Shown one piece after another: positions 52,086 to 62,845 of a DNA stretch of 64,000 nt; the first letter of the stretch is position 1, and every line of letters starts with the position of its first letter. The stretch covers positions 6,572,001-6,636,000 of the forward strand of contig OZ024757.1 of assembly GCA_964016885.1 (NCBI GenBank), read 5' to 3'. A program made the translations under genes and the position numbers. The DNA comes from Eledone cirrhosa. Taxonomy: Eukaryota. The notes beneath the pieces are model-generated. The model was not told the origin of the DNA. It saw only the letters and a program-made list of their open reading frames with translations, and did not search any database.

Positions 52086-52275
52086 GGCGGTGGATTGGCA
52101 GTATTGGTAGAGGGTCGGACGCCATGCTTTGACGCATAGAGTTACGGCCCTTGCCATTCTGAGTTCAAATCCCGCCGAAGTTAACTTTGCCTTTCATCCT
52201 TACGGGGTCGATAAAATAAAGTACCAGTAATACACTGTTATTTGCTTGCCTTGTGCCTAACGTAGAAACAATTAT
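52086..52275 (+). mobile_element. SINE family A, full length
   Basis: GGCGGTGGATTGGCAGTATTGGTAGAG..GAGTTCAAATCCCGCCG..GGGGTCGATAAAATAAAGTACCAGT. Confidence 0.9.
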
Positions 52276-52313
52276 ATATTGTCAATTATGATTTTATTTG
52301 ATGTATCATATCT

Positions 52314-52509
52314 ACATGTATATATATATATACTTGCGTATAATATTAATATACACACTACACATGCTATCAGAAAACCACCCAAAGGTAGCATGTGTAG
52401 TGTGTATATTGATATTATACGCAGGTATATATATACATGTATCATATATACTTGCGTATAATATCAATATACATACTACACATGCTACCTTCGGGTGGTT
52501 TTCTGGTAG
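52314..52509. repeat. Double fold-back (A / inverted A / A) structure
   Basis: TACTTGCGTATAATA..CTACACATGCTA occurs at 52331 and 52449, with its reverse complement between them. Confidence 0.85.
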
Positions 52510-52514
52510 TTCAT

Positions 52515-53285
52515 ATAACGGAAGTTGTTTCTGAATGTATTAAATTATGTGGGGGACTTTTAAGTCATGACACCGGTGTCAACTAGACGGTGAAATATTA
52601 CTATTTATATCAGCTCCATTGTTACAACTTAAACCTCATCTAATTTTATCTTTTATGGTGATTATTTCATATTAAGGTGGACGTTAATGTTTGTAAATAA
52701 CATAAGGTGACTTATTTACCTTATAGTTGTTGTTTTATCACCTGTATTATTAAATATTGAAGGGGTTGTTCAACATTTTACAGGTCAGGAAAATATTATT
52801 TTAATCAGAAATCAGTGAACATTTAGTTTTTACTAACTTTTCTTGACTTTATATTTGGTCTTGACAACTAAAGTACGTATTATTTCCTTTTCCACCACAA
52901 CACAAACATTGTGAACTTTTCTACCCTCTGAAGTGAAATATCTTGATTTATTACAACACACACACACACACACGTCTATTTATTTCTCTCTCTCATACGT
53001 ACACACTGTATGTCTTTATATATATATGTATATATATTAACCTTCATCTTTTGAAATTATGGATATTAATTCTCTTGTCACCTGAACTGTCCTCAATAAC
53101 AAGAACCTTAACTATAGAAGTCTTATTCGTCTGTTTTATGAGCTGAGGATGTTATTGTGAATAGAGCTTCTCTCACCTTAACAATAATAATAGTGGTATA
53201 TTCCACAATAATCACACACACACATATATATAAGCACTTGCCTTTTCTTCATCCAAGATCAGTCTTACACTGACATATGTCTTAT
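52515..53285 (+). promoter_or_regulatory. Shared ZNF upstream cassette, copy 3
   Basis: CGGAAGT (ETS-like), CTGAATGTATTAAATTATG..ATGACACCG|GT (52576), acceptor CATTTTACAG|G (52783) and ATCAGTCTTACACTGACATAT. Confidence 0.5.
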
Positions 53286-53445
53286 TACTTGTACCAACTA
53301 AATGCTACATTACAACTTGTAGAAGAAGAAAGCAGACTTCTGCAGTTTTTTATTGACCCTTTGTATATTAGAATACATGGCATCATCTTAACAATATCTA
53401 CATTTCTTAATGTATCAGTAAAAGTGGTGAGACTCCTTTATGTAA

Positions 53446-54225
<780 letters not shown>

Positions 54226-54312
54226 ACCCCATCACTGTGAAATGTGAAACACACAACTATACAGACACACTCTGGAAGGAAGAATATACAATGTGAAGCT
54301 TGAAAAATCCTT

Positions 54313-54810
54313 ATCATCATCATTATCAACACCGTTTTACGTCCATTCTTCCATGGGTTGTCCTGTTGTGGACAATGCCAGGTTGGGTCGCCTTGTCTTG
54401 CTCATATGGGAACTGATTTTGGCTTGATTTCTACAGCTTGATGTCCTTCCTAACACAAAACCTCATTTACTGTGAGTGCTAGGTGCTTTTTTTACCATGG
54501 TGTCTACACAGCCACTTTACTCTGGGGGCTGGGTGATTTTTTGTCAACCACTTTGCAGTGGGTGGGGATGGGGAGATATTTGTCTATATACTTCAGCTTC
54601 GGCTTGTAGCCGTGTGAAGTCAGGTCTTCTGTATTACTGCATGATGCCAGAGGGCACCGTCCTGCGTCATCGCCTTTGAGAGGTGCAATTGGGCAAGGTC
54701 AGCTTTTATCACCTCATCCCGGGTTTTCCTGGATCTCCCCACTCCATGGCTTCCAGTGACATTTAGTGCTCTGCACCTTTTAATGCAGCTGTCATCCTTC
54801 ATATGCATCT
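54313..54810 (-). mobile_element. 5'-truncated RTE 3' end
   Basis: MHMKDDSCIKRC..GVGRSRKT; (CAT)n tail; similar to 9327-9790. Confidence 0.82.
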
Positions 54811-55029
54811 ATATATATATACTCTATCAAATGGAAGAAGTATACTGCCATATATTGAAGATTACTACAATATCTAGGGAGCGAAGGACAAGATATGCCA
54901 GACATTCCTACTGAAGAAGGGATGACCTGATGAGCTGGCTCCTGTGGTGGATACCTAAACATAGTAAGACCCTAGTGAGATGACTGAAAATGTCCTACAT
55001 AGATCAGATGTCTAGGGATGTATGTAGTA

Positions 55030-55327
55030 TATATATAGTTTATATATTGTCTATATGTAGCATATACTCTATATATGCAGTATTTATATATAGTGTATAT
55101 ACTGTGTATATGTAGCACTTACACTATATACATAGTATTTATATATATAGTTTATACATTGTGTATATGTAGCCCGTACACTATATACATATTATTTATA
55201 TGTATATATATAGTGTATATATTGTGTATGTGCTATATACATAGTATTTATATGTATATATTGTGTATATGTAGCACGTACACTATATACATATTTATAT
55301 GTGTATATATAGTGTATATTTTGTGTA
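55030..55327. repeat. ~50-bp TA-rich minisatellite, also present at 61470-61725
   Basis: TATAGTGTATATATTGTGTATATGTAGCAC(A/G)TACACTATATACAT units on both sides of the LINE. Confidence 0.75.
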
Positions 55328-55427
55328 TCATCATTATATCTACGTTTCCATGCTTGCATGGGTTGGACGGGCCAAGTTTGCAATTTTCAACTGTGAAAAT
55401 TACAAACTTGACTGTCACCACACAATA

Positions 55428-55466
55428 TGAACCTGAAGATTGCGAAAGCATGAAAGTACTTGTTCA
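55428..55466 (+). ncRNA. Minimal type I hammerhead ribozyme (Penelope-type, palindromic stem III)
   Basis: UGAAC-CUGAAGA-U-UGC-GAAA-GCA-U-GAAA-GUAC-UU^GUUCA. 5-bp stem I, GNRA-capped stem II, AGUACU palindrome; AATAAA downstream at ~55540. Confidence 0.8.
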
Positions 55467-56040
55467 ATGAACACTTAATATTTAATATTCTACCAAACTA
55501 TTTCATTCTAATACCATTATAACATTTTAAAGGATTGTAAATAAAACGAGTAAATCAGACAAAGTTGGAATTCCTTTTATTAATATAATCTTCTATACAC
55601 AATCATACACACCCGTGTATATTTATCTATCTATCTATATATATATATGTCATTAATCTAGCTGTCGTCTGTTCTACAGTGTGGATGTCATTCACTTCGC
55701 ACAGAAGTTTTGTTCAAATTTATTGAGGAAATTTTGTGAGTTCAAACTTAATTTTGATACAATTGTGTAGCTTGACCCTCCGTCTGAACAGTCAGGCGGT
55801 GGGTCAGCTCATCTTTACCCCTCCTAGAGGTGAAAAACCTGTTTTAAAAAAGATTTTGTGTAAAAAATTTCAATCGTCTAACAGAAATGTTAAACGCAGC
55901 GAACGAAAATAGTGGTGGGGGGACAGCGGTAAGAGTTGTAAGCTCGCATGCTTTAGTCCTCCCTTCCTTCCCAACTAACGTCATAGAGAAGGAAGGAAAA
56001 ATGAAAATAAAAACGGACGAATCAGCGGAGAAAAAATTAA

Positions 56041-57762
56041 ATGACGAAAACAACGAAAAAAAAAAATTTGAAAAATTGCATGACAATACTAATAACACAA
56101 ACAAAGACACAACAAAAAAAAATAACAGTTGAAAATAACATCATATCAGAAAACAAAGCAGACGACCAGATTTCATTTGCACAGAAAACAAAGAAATCTT
56201 TGACTTATATAGCGGAAAACATTTCAGATGTGGTACGAAGGATCACGGACGCAAAACAATACATAAGTGAAGGTGAGAATGGTATTTTATTGGTAAAAAT
56301 GCCTCAAGAATTCACGAAAGACATTGAAAGCCGAACGGTCAAGTTTCGGACCATCAACAACAGTACAAAAAAACCTGAACAGCCTTCTCAAGCAGATATC
56401 AAAACAGTACTCGCAGAAGTACTGAATGAAACAACTTTCATAAGAAAAGACAGACTGTATGGAAGCCTAGCAATTATCATGAAGAACGAATCGGCGGCAA
56501 AAAAATGTGCTTTGTCACCGATTCGTTCGAAAAATTTCACCTTTTATCCATCTTATATGGGGAAAAAAACTCAACGCATATGGCTGGATGCAATGATGCC
56601 AGATGTGGACTACTGCTGGCTCATAGCTGGCTTCATCGATCCAGTGAATGACAACGTGATTTCCATTGGGAAAACCACAGGCAATGCGTTCAGTGGAACA
56701 GGTATAGAGCTGGTAGTACAAATGAAGCCTGAACGCATCGCCCAAATACCCGACAGAATCCTATTAGAGGACCACGGGTATATAAACATTAGCGTGGAGG
56801 GGAGAAGGCCGTCCTGCCATATCTGTGCAGGCAGAGGGCACCTGAAGGCCGCTTGTCCCCAACTCAACAAAAAGAAAACCCTGCTACCAACACCAGCTCC
56901 ACCACCACCACCACAACAGATAAACAAACAACAAAACTCAGTCCCACCCAACCCGTCCCTCAGTAACACCACAACACCACCACAACACAAACAGTCACAA
57001 CACATTACCCCAAAACAAAATACAGGCCCACCCAACCTCTCACTCAATAAAACAACACAACCACCGCAGACACAACACACAACACAGTCTAACATAGTGA
57101 CATCCATCTCCCCCACAAAGAAAACCAACACGGAAACATTACCAGCAAACATACCTCTTCCCTCCAACACTGAAGATAACCCAACGAATTCGGAGGAAGA
57201 AACGGAGTCCTTCAGACAGATTAAAAGGAAAAAAAGAAAACATGTGCAAAACACACAAGGCCAAACAACCCCCACCCAAATGTCAACACAATCTAACAAA
57301 ACAGAAAACACCCCTCCAGCAACAAACAAAACCAAACCTGCCCCTCCCCTCTTCGAAACACTCACACCATCGGAAAAAAAGACATTACACTATACTTACA
57401 TCAACAGAAACAATAATAAATTAAATGAACTCATATACAATAATCCTTCGGTACAAACCGAAGGTGTAAACTTTGTTTCATCAGAAAACCACCCACATTT
57501 AAAACTAATAAAAATCCCAATGAACCTCTACCAAAAACTAAAAAAGGATTTTAAGGAGGACGTAGGACCACCCTCTGTCAAACCCATAAACCGCGTCCTA
57601 CTAAAAAGCTTTCCCCCTCCCCTTCCCCTCCCCAACACAACTCCAAACACCCCAACCCCACCACACACCGACGACCCCACACCACCACAAGACACCCCTT
57701 CACCCAACACCCCCGACCCCATGGAAGTCGTGCAACCCGAACCCCGGGAAGCGGAAAGGTAG
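56041..57762 (+). CDS. LINE ORF1 (gag-like, CCHC zinc knuckle); true start may be 55887
   Basis: CHICAGRGHLKAAC knuckle, P/T/Q-rich linker and basic KRKKRK motif. The upstream ORF 55887-56132 joins it if one A is removed from an A-run. Confidence 0.82.
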   Translation: MTKTTKKKNLKNCMTILITQTKTQQKKITVENNIISENKADDQISFAQKTKKSLTYIAENISDVVRRITDAKQYISEGENGILLVKMPQEFTKDIESRTVKFRTINNSTKKPEQPSQADIKTVLAEVLNETTFIRKDRLYGSLAIIMKNESAAKKCALSPIRSKNFTFYPSYMGKKTQRIWLDAMMPDVDYCWLIAGFIDPVNDNVISIGKTTGNAFSGTGIELVVQMKPERIAQIPDRILLEDHGYINISVEGRRPSCHICAGRGHLKAACPQLNKKKTLLPTPAPPPPPQQINKQQNSVPPNPSLSNTTTPPQHKQSQHITPKQNTGPPNLSLNKTTQPPQTQHTTQSNIVTSISPTKKTNTETLPANIPLPSNTEDNPTNSEEETESFRQIKRKKRKHVQNTQGQTTPTQMSTQSNKTENTPPATNKTKPAPPLFETLTPSEKKTLHYTYINRNNNKLNELIYNNPSVQTEGVNFVSSENHPHLKLIKIPMNLYQKLKKDFKEDVGPPSVKPINRVLLKSFPPPLPLPNTTPNTPTPPHTDDPTPPQDTPSPNTPDPMEVVQPEPREAER

Positions 57763-57795
57763 GTCTCTACACTCTCCTTTGGCTCTGCCGCCCAC

Positions 57796-60700
57796 ATGGA
57801 TGTGTTAAGAGTAGGATGTTTGAATGCACGTGGCCTGGGCTCAACTTGGAAGCAAGCAAAGCTTCTAAATGACCTCAGGTCATGTAGTATAAATGTAATG
57901 GTTATCTGTGAGACTCGAATCAGTGTCATGCGGCAGCTGGCCCCCACCTTCGATGACTTTGAGGTGCATGCATCTCTCTGTCAACCTGGAGGTGGGGGTG
58001 GGGTTGTCGTGCTGCTGCAAAAACACCTGGGTCTTGCCGTACAGGTTGTGCACTCGGACCCGGAGGGTCGTTTGTTGGTGCTAGACGTTGGCAGTAGTGA
58101 AAGTGCGGCCTTGAGACTGGTCGCCGTCTACTCCCCTTTCGGAGCTGAACGGCCCGACTTCTTCCAGCGTTTGGAGACTTTTCTGGGAACGTCGCGTTCC
58201 CTGCTTCTAGCGGGGGATTGGAATGACATCCTAGATGCACGTTGGGACTATGCAGGAGCATGTCCTAATAGAGGGGGGTGTAACATCCTCAAGGGGTTAC
58301 TCGACCGTTTTAACTTGGTCGATAGATATCGACTAGATTTTCCAACTGTGCCTACCTGGACTTGGAGAAACCACAGTGGTCAATCTAGATCGTACTTAGA
58401 TAGATTCTTAGTTAGAAGTAAGGATAGGGACATATTAAGCTGTCCAGAAATGCGCACGGTTGGCTACACGGATCACAAATTAGTGACCTGCGTGGTCAAT
58501 CTCGAGAAAACACATAGACAGGGTCCCGGTTACTGGAAACTTAATTTGTCTTTACCGGCAAAAGAGACTTACAGAAACCGGATTAGCAGATTAGTTAAGG
58601 AGAGGTTGACGGGTGCAATCGTCAACAACCGATGGTGGGCATCTCTCAAAAGAGAGATTAGAACAGAATCAATAAGTTATAGCAAGATGTTAGCTGCCAA
58701 TAGGAATAGAAACGAGAAAGAATTAACAGGTAAATTAGAAGAGGCAATCAAGAGCGAAGATGTGGCCAGAGTGCTGGCATCGAGGACGGCCTTGAACCAG
58801 TTTTTCGATGCAAAGCATGAAGGCTGCGTCATTCGAAGTAAAATACGTGCTCTAGGTAATGAGGGGGCCAAAGCCGTTGGATGGGCCCGCGTGACAGAAG
58901 CTAAAAGTGGAAATCGATCCACCATCCGGTCGTTGCAAGACGAAGATGGACGAGTGATCCGGGAGCCTAAGCAGATGTGCGAGGCCTTTCAAAAGCACTT
59001 TGCCCGATTGTTCGGGGGAGGCGAGGGTCCGGGCCGGGGCGTGGATTTCGGTCCATACCTCGACGGCCTGCCGCGTCTCTCGAACAAAGAGGCGGAGTCC
59101 TGCGAGGGACCAATCTCGGCTGATGAGATCGGAGATGCGCTGAGCCAATGCAGCAGACGCAAATCTCCAGGTCTCGATGGTATACCTTACGAACTTTATT
59201 TAGCAATGCCGGTCTTCTTCTCCGAACTCCTCGAAGCGGTCTACTGCAATTGGCAGCAGAACGGGAGAATTCCTTGTTCTGTAGCCAAGGGCGTAGTCAC
59301 GCTGGTGAGGAAGGACGAGAACAAGGGGGATAGTATAAATAATTTTCGGCCCATAACCCTGCTAAACACAGAGTTAAAGATTTTGGCCAAGGTGTTAGCA
59401 AAGAGGTTGGCGCTTGTCGTGGGTGGCCTGGTGGGAGATGCGCAGACATGTGCTATCCCATCCAGGTCCATTCACGATAACCTCCACCTCATGCGATACA
59501 TCATAGAGAGGGTTGGCAACAAACCCGGCTTCGGTGGGGCCCTGATCAACTTGGATCAGTCTAAGGCCTTCGATAGGGTCGACCATGGTTACCTGGATGC
59601 GGTGCTAGCGGCGGCTGGGTTCGGTCCTGTTTTCAGAGGCTGGATCACTGCCCTACATAGCAACCACATCTGTTCTAGGATCAAGGTGAACGGCTACCTT
59701 TCGAAGCCGTTCGAAATCACACGATCCATTCGACAGGGGTGCCCTCTCTCCTCCCTTCTGTACGTATTGACTCTCGAGCCTTTACTGAGGAAGTTGGAGT
59801 TGTTGCAGGGTATCCCCCTGGAACCAGGATTGAGCAAAGCGGTGTCGGCCTACGCCGATGACGTAACAGTAATGGTATCAACCGACTCGGAGATCGAGGC
59901 GATCGGTACCTTACTGGAGGAGTACAAAAGGTTGTCAGGAGCGAAACTGAACCGGGAAAAATCCATCGGGCTGCAACTCGGAACGTGGAGAGGCAGACCG
60001 ATGCCTCCCGATGGTGTCGTCGGACACTGGACGGAGGGCCCGGTAAAGTTGCTTGGGGTCTGGTTTGGACCGGACCTCCAGGTGGAAAAGAACTGGAACG
60101 AGGTTACGAACAAGGTGTTTGCACTAACCCAGAAATGGGCCAAGTGTAAGCTGTCCCTAAAAGGCCGGGCGGAGGTGGCGAACATTTACATAGCGTCCGT
60201 CACTTACTACCGCCTGACTGTCGTGCCTTGCCCTAAGGAAACACTCACCACCATGGAACGCATGCTCTTCCAATTTCTTTGGAAGAAGCGTCCTCCTATG
60301 GTGAGAAGATCCATCTGCTGCCAACAACCTTCGAAAGGAGGGCTGGGGATGCCGTGGTTGATGATGCGTAGGCACGCATTAAGGCTACGGCACCTACAGG
60401 TATTCCTCACTGGTCAACCGGTGTGGGCTCCGTTCGTGAAACGAGCCTTTCCGAGACTCGTCTCACTCACCGAGCTACAGTCCTGGGTCAAGCAAAGATC
60501 CGGAAAACTGGGAGACTGGCACACTGAGTGTGCTCAGGCGCTCAGGGCTCTCTGGCAAGCGGGCCGGGCCATCGGTGGAGAATCCACCTCATCATTCTAT
60601 AGAGGGCTGGTGGCTAGCAGGGGCGATGACACCCTTGGAGAGTCGCTGGACATGGAAGAAGACGAACTGGCCAGCCTGTTCGGTAGGACTTTCGGCCCAG

Positions 60701-61233
60701 GACCAATGGACAACTTCCAGAAGTCACTGGCCTGGCAGTGCTACCGAGGGGCTCTACCCGTTCGAGAGAGGCTCTACAGACACGGGCGCCCGGGCAGGGA
60801 TCCCTCAAAAAAGATTTGCCCTAGATGCGTGCGTCACGAAGAAACCGTGGCGCACGCATTGGTGCAATGTCCGGGCGTGGCTGATCTGTGGGGCTACGCC
60901 GAACAACTGCTGTCGCGGGTGGCGCCGATTAAATTGACAGCCGAGTCCGTGATGACAATCAAACCGCCTCCCCTCTTCACAAAGGAAGCAAAGGCGGTTT
61001 TTCTGTGCGTAATAGCCATGTTGAAAGAGGTTGTTTGGTGGACACGATTGAAAGGTCTGAGGTCAGGCAACTTCCTCTCTGGCCATAGTCTGGTCTACTT
61101 CTTCCGATATCACTTCGGAAGAAGGATAAGAATGGAGAGAGAGGTGCTTGGCCACAGGCAGTTTTATGAAAGGTGGGTGATAGTGGCGAGAATGGCTCGT
61201 GTAAATGGGCCTTCTCTGTATACCATCCTGTAG
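57796..61233 (+). CDS. LINE ORF2: APE endonuclease, reverse transcriptase and C-terminal zinc finger (Tx1/L1-like)
   Basis: RVGCLNARGL, ICET, AGDWND, SYLDRF, TDH; GPGYWKLN; SPGLDG, NFRPITLLN, LDQSKAFDRVDH, RQGCPLS, YADD; CPRC..EETVAHALVQC. Confidence 0.96.
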   Translation: MDVLRVGCLNARGLGSTWKQAKLLNDLRSCSINVMVICETRISVMRQLAPTFDDFEVHASLCQPGGGGGVVVLLQKHLGLAVQVVHSDPEGRLLVLDVGSSESAALRLVAVYSPFGAERPDFFQRLETFLGTSRSLLLAGDWNDILDARWDYAGACPNRGGCNILKGLLDRFNLVDRYRLDFPTVPTWTWRNHSGQSRSYLDRFLVRSKDRDILSCPEMRTVGYTDHKLVTCVVNLEKTHRQGPGYWKLNLSLPAKETYRNRISRLVKERLTGAIVNNRWWASLKREIRTESISYSKMLAANRNRNEKELTGKLEEAIKSEDVARVLASRTALNQFFDAKHEGCVIRSKIRALGNEGAKAVGWARVTEAKSGNRSTIRSLQDEDGRVIREPKQMCEAFQKHFARLFGGGEGPGRGVDFGPYLDGLPRLSNKEAESCEGPISADEIGDALSQCSRRKSPGLDGIPYELYLAMPVFFSELLEAVYCNWQQNGRIPCSVAKGVVTLVRKDENKGDSINNFRPITLLNTELKILAKVLAKRLALVVGGLVGDAQTCAIPSRSIHDNLHLMRYIIERVGNKPGFGGALINLDQSKAFDRVDHGYLDAVLAAAGFGPVFRGWITALHSNHICSRIKVNGYLSKPFEITRSIRQGCPLSSLLYVLTLEPLLRKLELLQGIPLEPGLSKAVSAYADDVTVMVSTDSEIEAIGTLLEEYKRLSGAKLNREKSIGLQLGTWRGRPMPPDGVVGHWTEGPVKLLGVWFGPDLQVEKNWNEVTNKVFALTQKWAKCKLSLKGRAEVANIYIASVTYYRLTVVPCPKETLTTMERMLFQFLWKKRPPMVRRSICCQQPSKGGLGMPWLMMRRHALRLRHLQVFLTGQPVWAPFVKRAFPRLVSLTELQSWVKQRSGKLGDWHTECAQALRALWQAGRAIGGESTSSFYRGLVASRGDDTLGESLDMEEDELASLFGRTFGPGPMDNFQKSLAWQCYRGALPVRERLYRHGRPGRDPSKKICPRCVRHEETVAHALVQCPGVADLWGYAEQLLSRVAPIKLTAESVMTIKPPPLFTKEAKAVFLCVIAMLKEVVWWTRLKGLRSGNFLSGHSLVYFFRYHFGRRIRMEREVLGHRQFYERWVIVARMARVNGPSLYTIL

Positions 61234-61944
61234 GTAAAGAAGTAAAGGAGAGGGGAGCACCTTCTCCATGTGCTCCCCGGGCAAAGGATTGCACACTTTT
61301 TCGGGGGTGTGTGCAACCCCCATCACGTCCCCTCCCTTTTGAGGTTATTTTCGATTATTTTCATGTTACACCCTTTTTACTCGATTATATGTAAACCCCC
61401 CCTTTGTATTTGTCCCTTCTTTTTATGCCTTTATGGTAAATAAAGAAATCTATCTATATATATATATGTATATATAGTGTATATATTGTGTATATGTAGC
61501 ACATACACTATATACATAGTATTTATATGTATATATATAGTGTATATTTTGTGTATATATAGCACATACACTATATACATATTATATATATATATAGTGT
61601 ATATGTAGCACATACACTATATACATATTATTTATATATATATATATAGTGTATATATTGTGTATATGTAGCACATACACTATATACATATTATTTATAT
61701 ATATATATTGTGTATATTTTGTGTATCATCATTACATGTACTATCCATGCCTGCATGGGTTGGACGGGTCCTTCTTAGCATGACATCTCTCCACTAAATG
61801 CGCTCCTTCGTCATCTCCTCTTCCAGTCTTCACGATTTGAGTTAAGCTCTCACAACATTCCCCTTTCTCTTCAAATTGCTGGCCTTGAGTTAAAAGTAGA
61901 ACATTTATTTAAAGTCTATAAAACAATAGATAGAATGTTTTCTG

Positions 61945-62056
61945 CCATATTTGTCCTGGTTCTCTGCTCTCTGAGTTTAAATCCTGCTGAGGTCAACTTT
62001 CTTTCATCCTTTCAAGGTTGATAAAAAACAATACCAGTCTATCACTGGGGTCTGTT
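61945..62056 (+). mobile_element. Diverged SINE family A-related copy
   Basis: CTGAGTTTAAATCCTGCTGAGGTCAACTTTCTTTCATCCTTTC..GATAAAA..TACCAGT. Confidence 0.6.
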
Positions 62057-62494
62057 CTTCCTCTCTATATTTCTATCTCACTTCCTCCCTCTTATTCTCT
62101 CTCCTCTGGAAGAAATCATCTGTTCAAACCTGGAGAGTGAAGGGCTCCACCAAGCTTCAAATGTCCAGTGACACCCCTATGACTACATCATTAAAAAAAA
62201 AAAAACATTCATGCGTTTGTATGTGTTTATTTAGTAAACCTTAACTGGTTTATATTTATATTTATGACAAAATATCCACATGTGTAAATAAAAACAATTG
62301 CATAACTTTAATATTTGTTGGATGGTACTTTCATGACAGTTGAAATTTTGACTTTTTAAAAAAATAATTCACATTTGAAAATACTTTACAACTTTCTTCT
62401 CTTTTTCTTGAGCCATTTATTTCTGAGAGGGTTGTAGGGGGTAGAGTCCTCACACACCCCTTCTAGGTCCTATGTGTGTAAAATTTCCTCTTTA

Positions 62495-62845
62495 CACTAC
62501 ACATCACCTTGCACACACACACACCACAAGACACTACACCACATACCATATCATGCCATACCACACCACAACACATACCATACCACATTGCATACCACAC
62601 CACATCATATACCACACCACAACACACTACACCACACCACATACCACACACCCCATCACCACATACCACAACACACCACACATCATGCCACACCACAACA
62701 CACCACACAACAACACACCACATACCACACCACGCCACACACCACAACATACCACACCACCACATACCACAACACACACCACAACACACCACACCACACC
62801 ACATCAAAACACCACAACACACCACACCACACCACAACAGACACA
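62495..62845. repeat. CAC/ACC low-complexity microsatellite
   Basis: (CACCA/CACA)n tract, longer than the homologous tract at ~29610-29750. The H/T/P ORFs are artefacts. Confidence 0.9.

Larger units (their letters stand above)
55651..61448 (+). mobile_element. Full-length Tx1/L1-clade non-LTR retrotransposon with a 21-22 bp TSD
   Basis: ORF1, intact ORF2 and AATAAA at the 3' end. TCTATCTATATATATATATGT is identical at 55630-55650 and 61449-61469. Confidence 0.92.

Noticed and set aside
51376-52275. tRNA genes
   Set aside because: The A/B boxes belong to SINE heads, continue into the SINE core and form no cloverleaf.
56515-61326. Antisense and alternate-frame ORFs within the LINE
   Set aside because: They are shadow ORFs of GC-richer coding sequence with no motifs.
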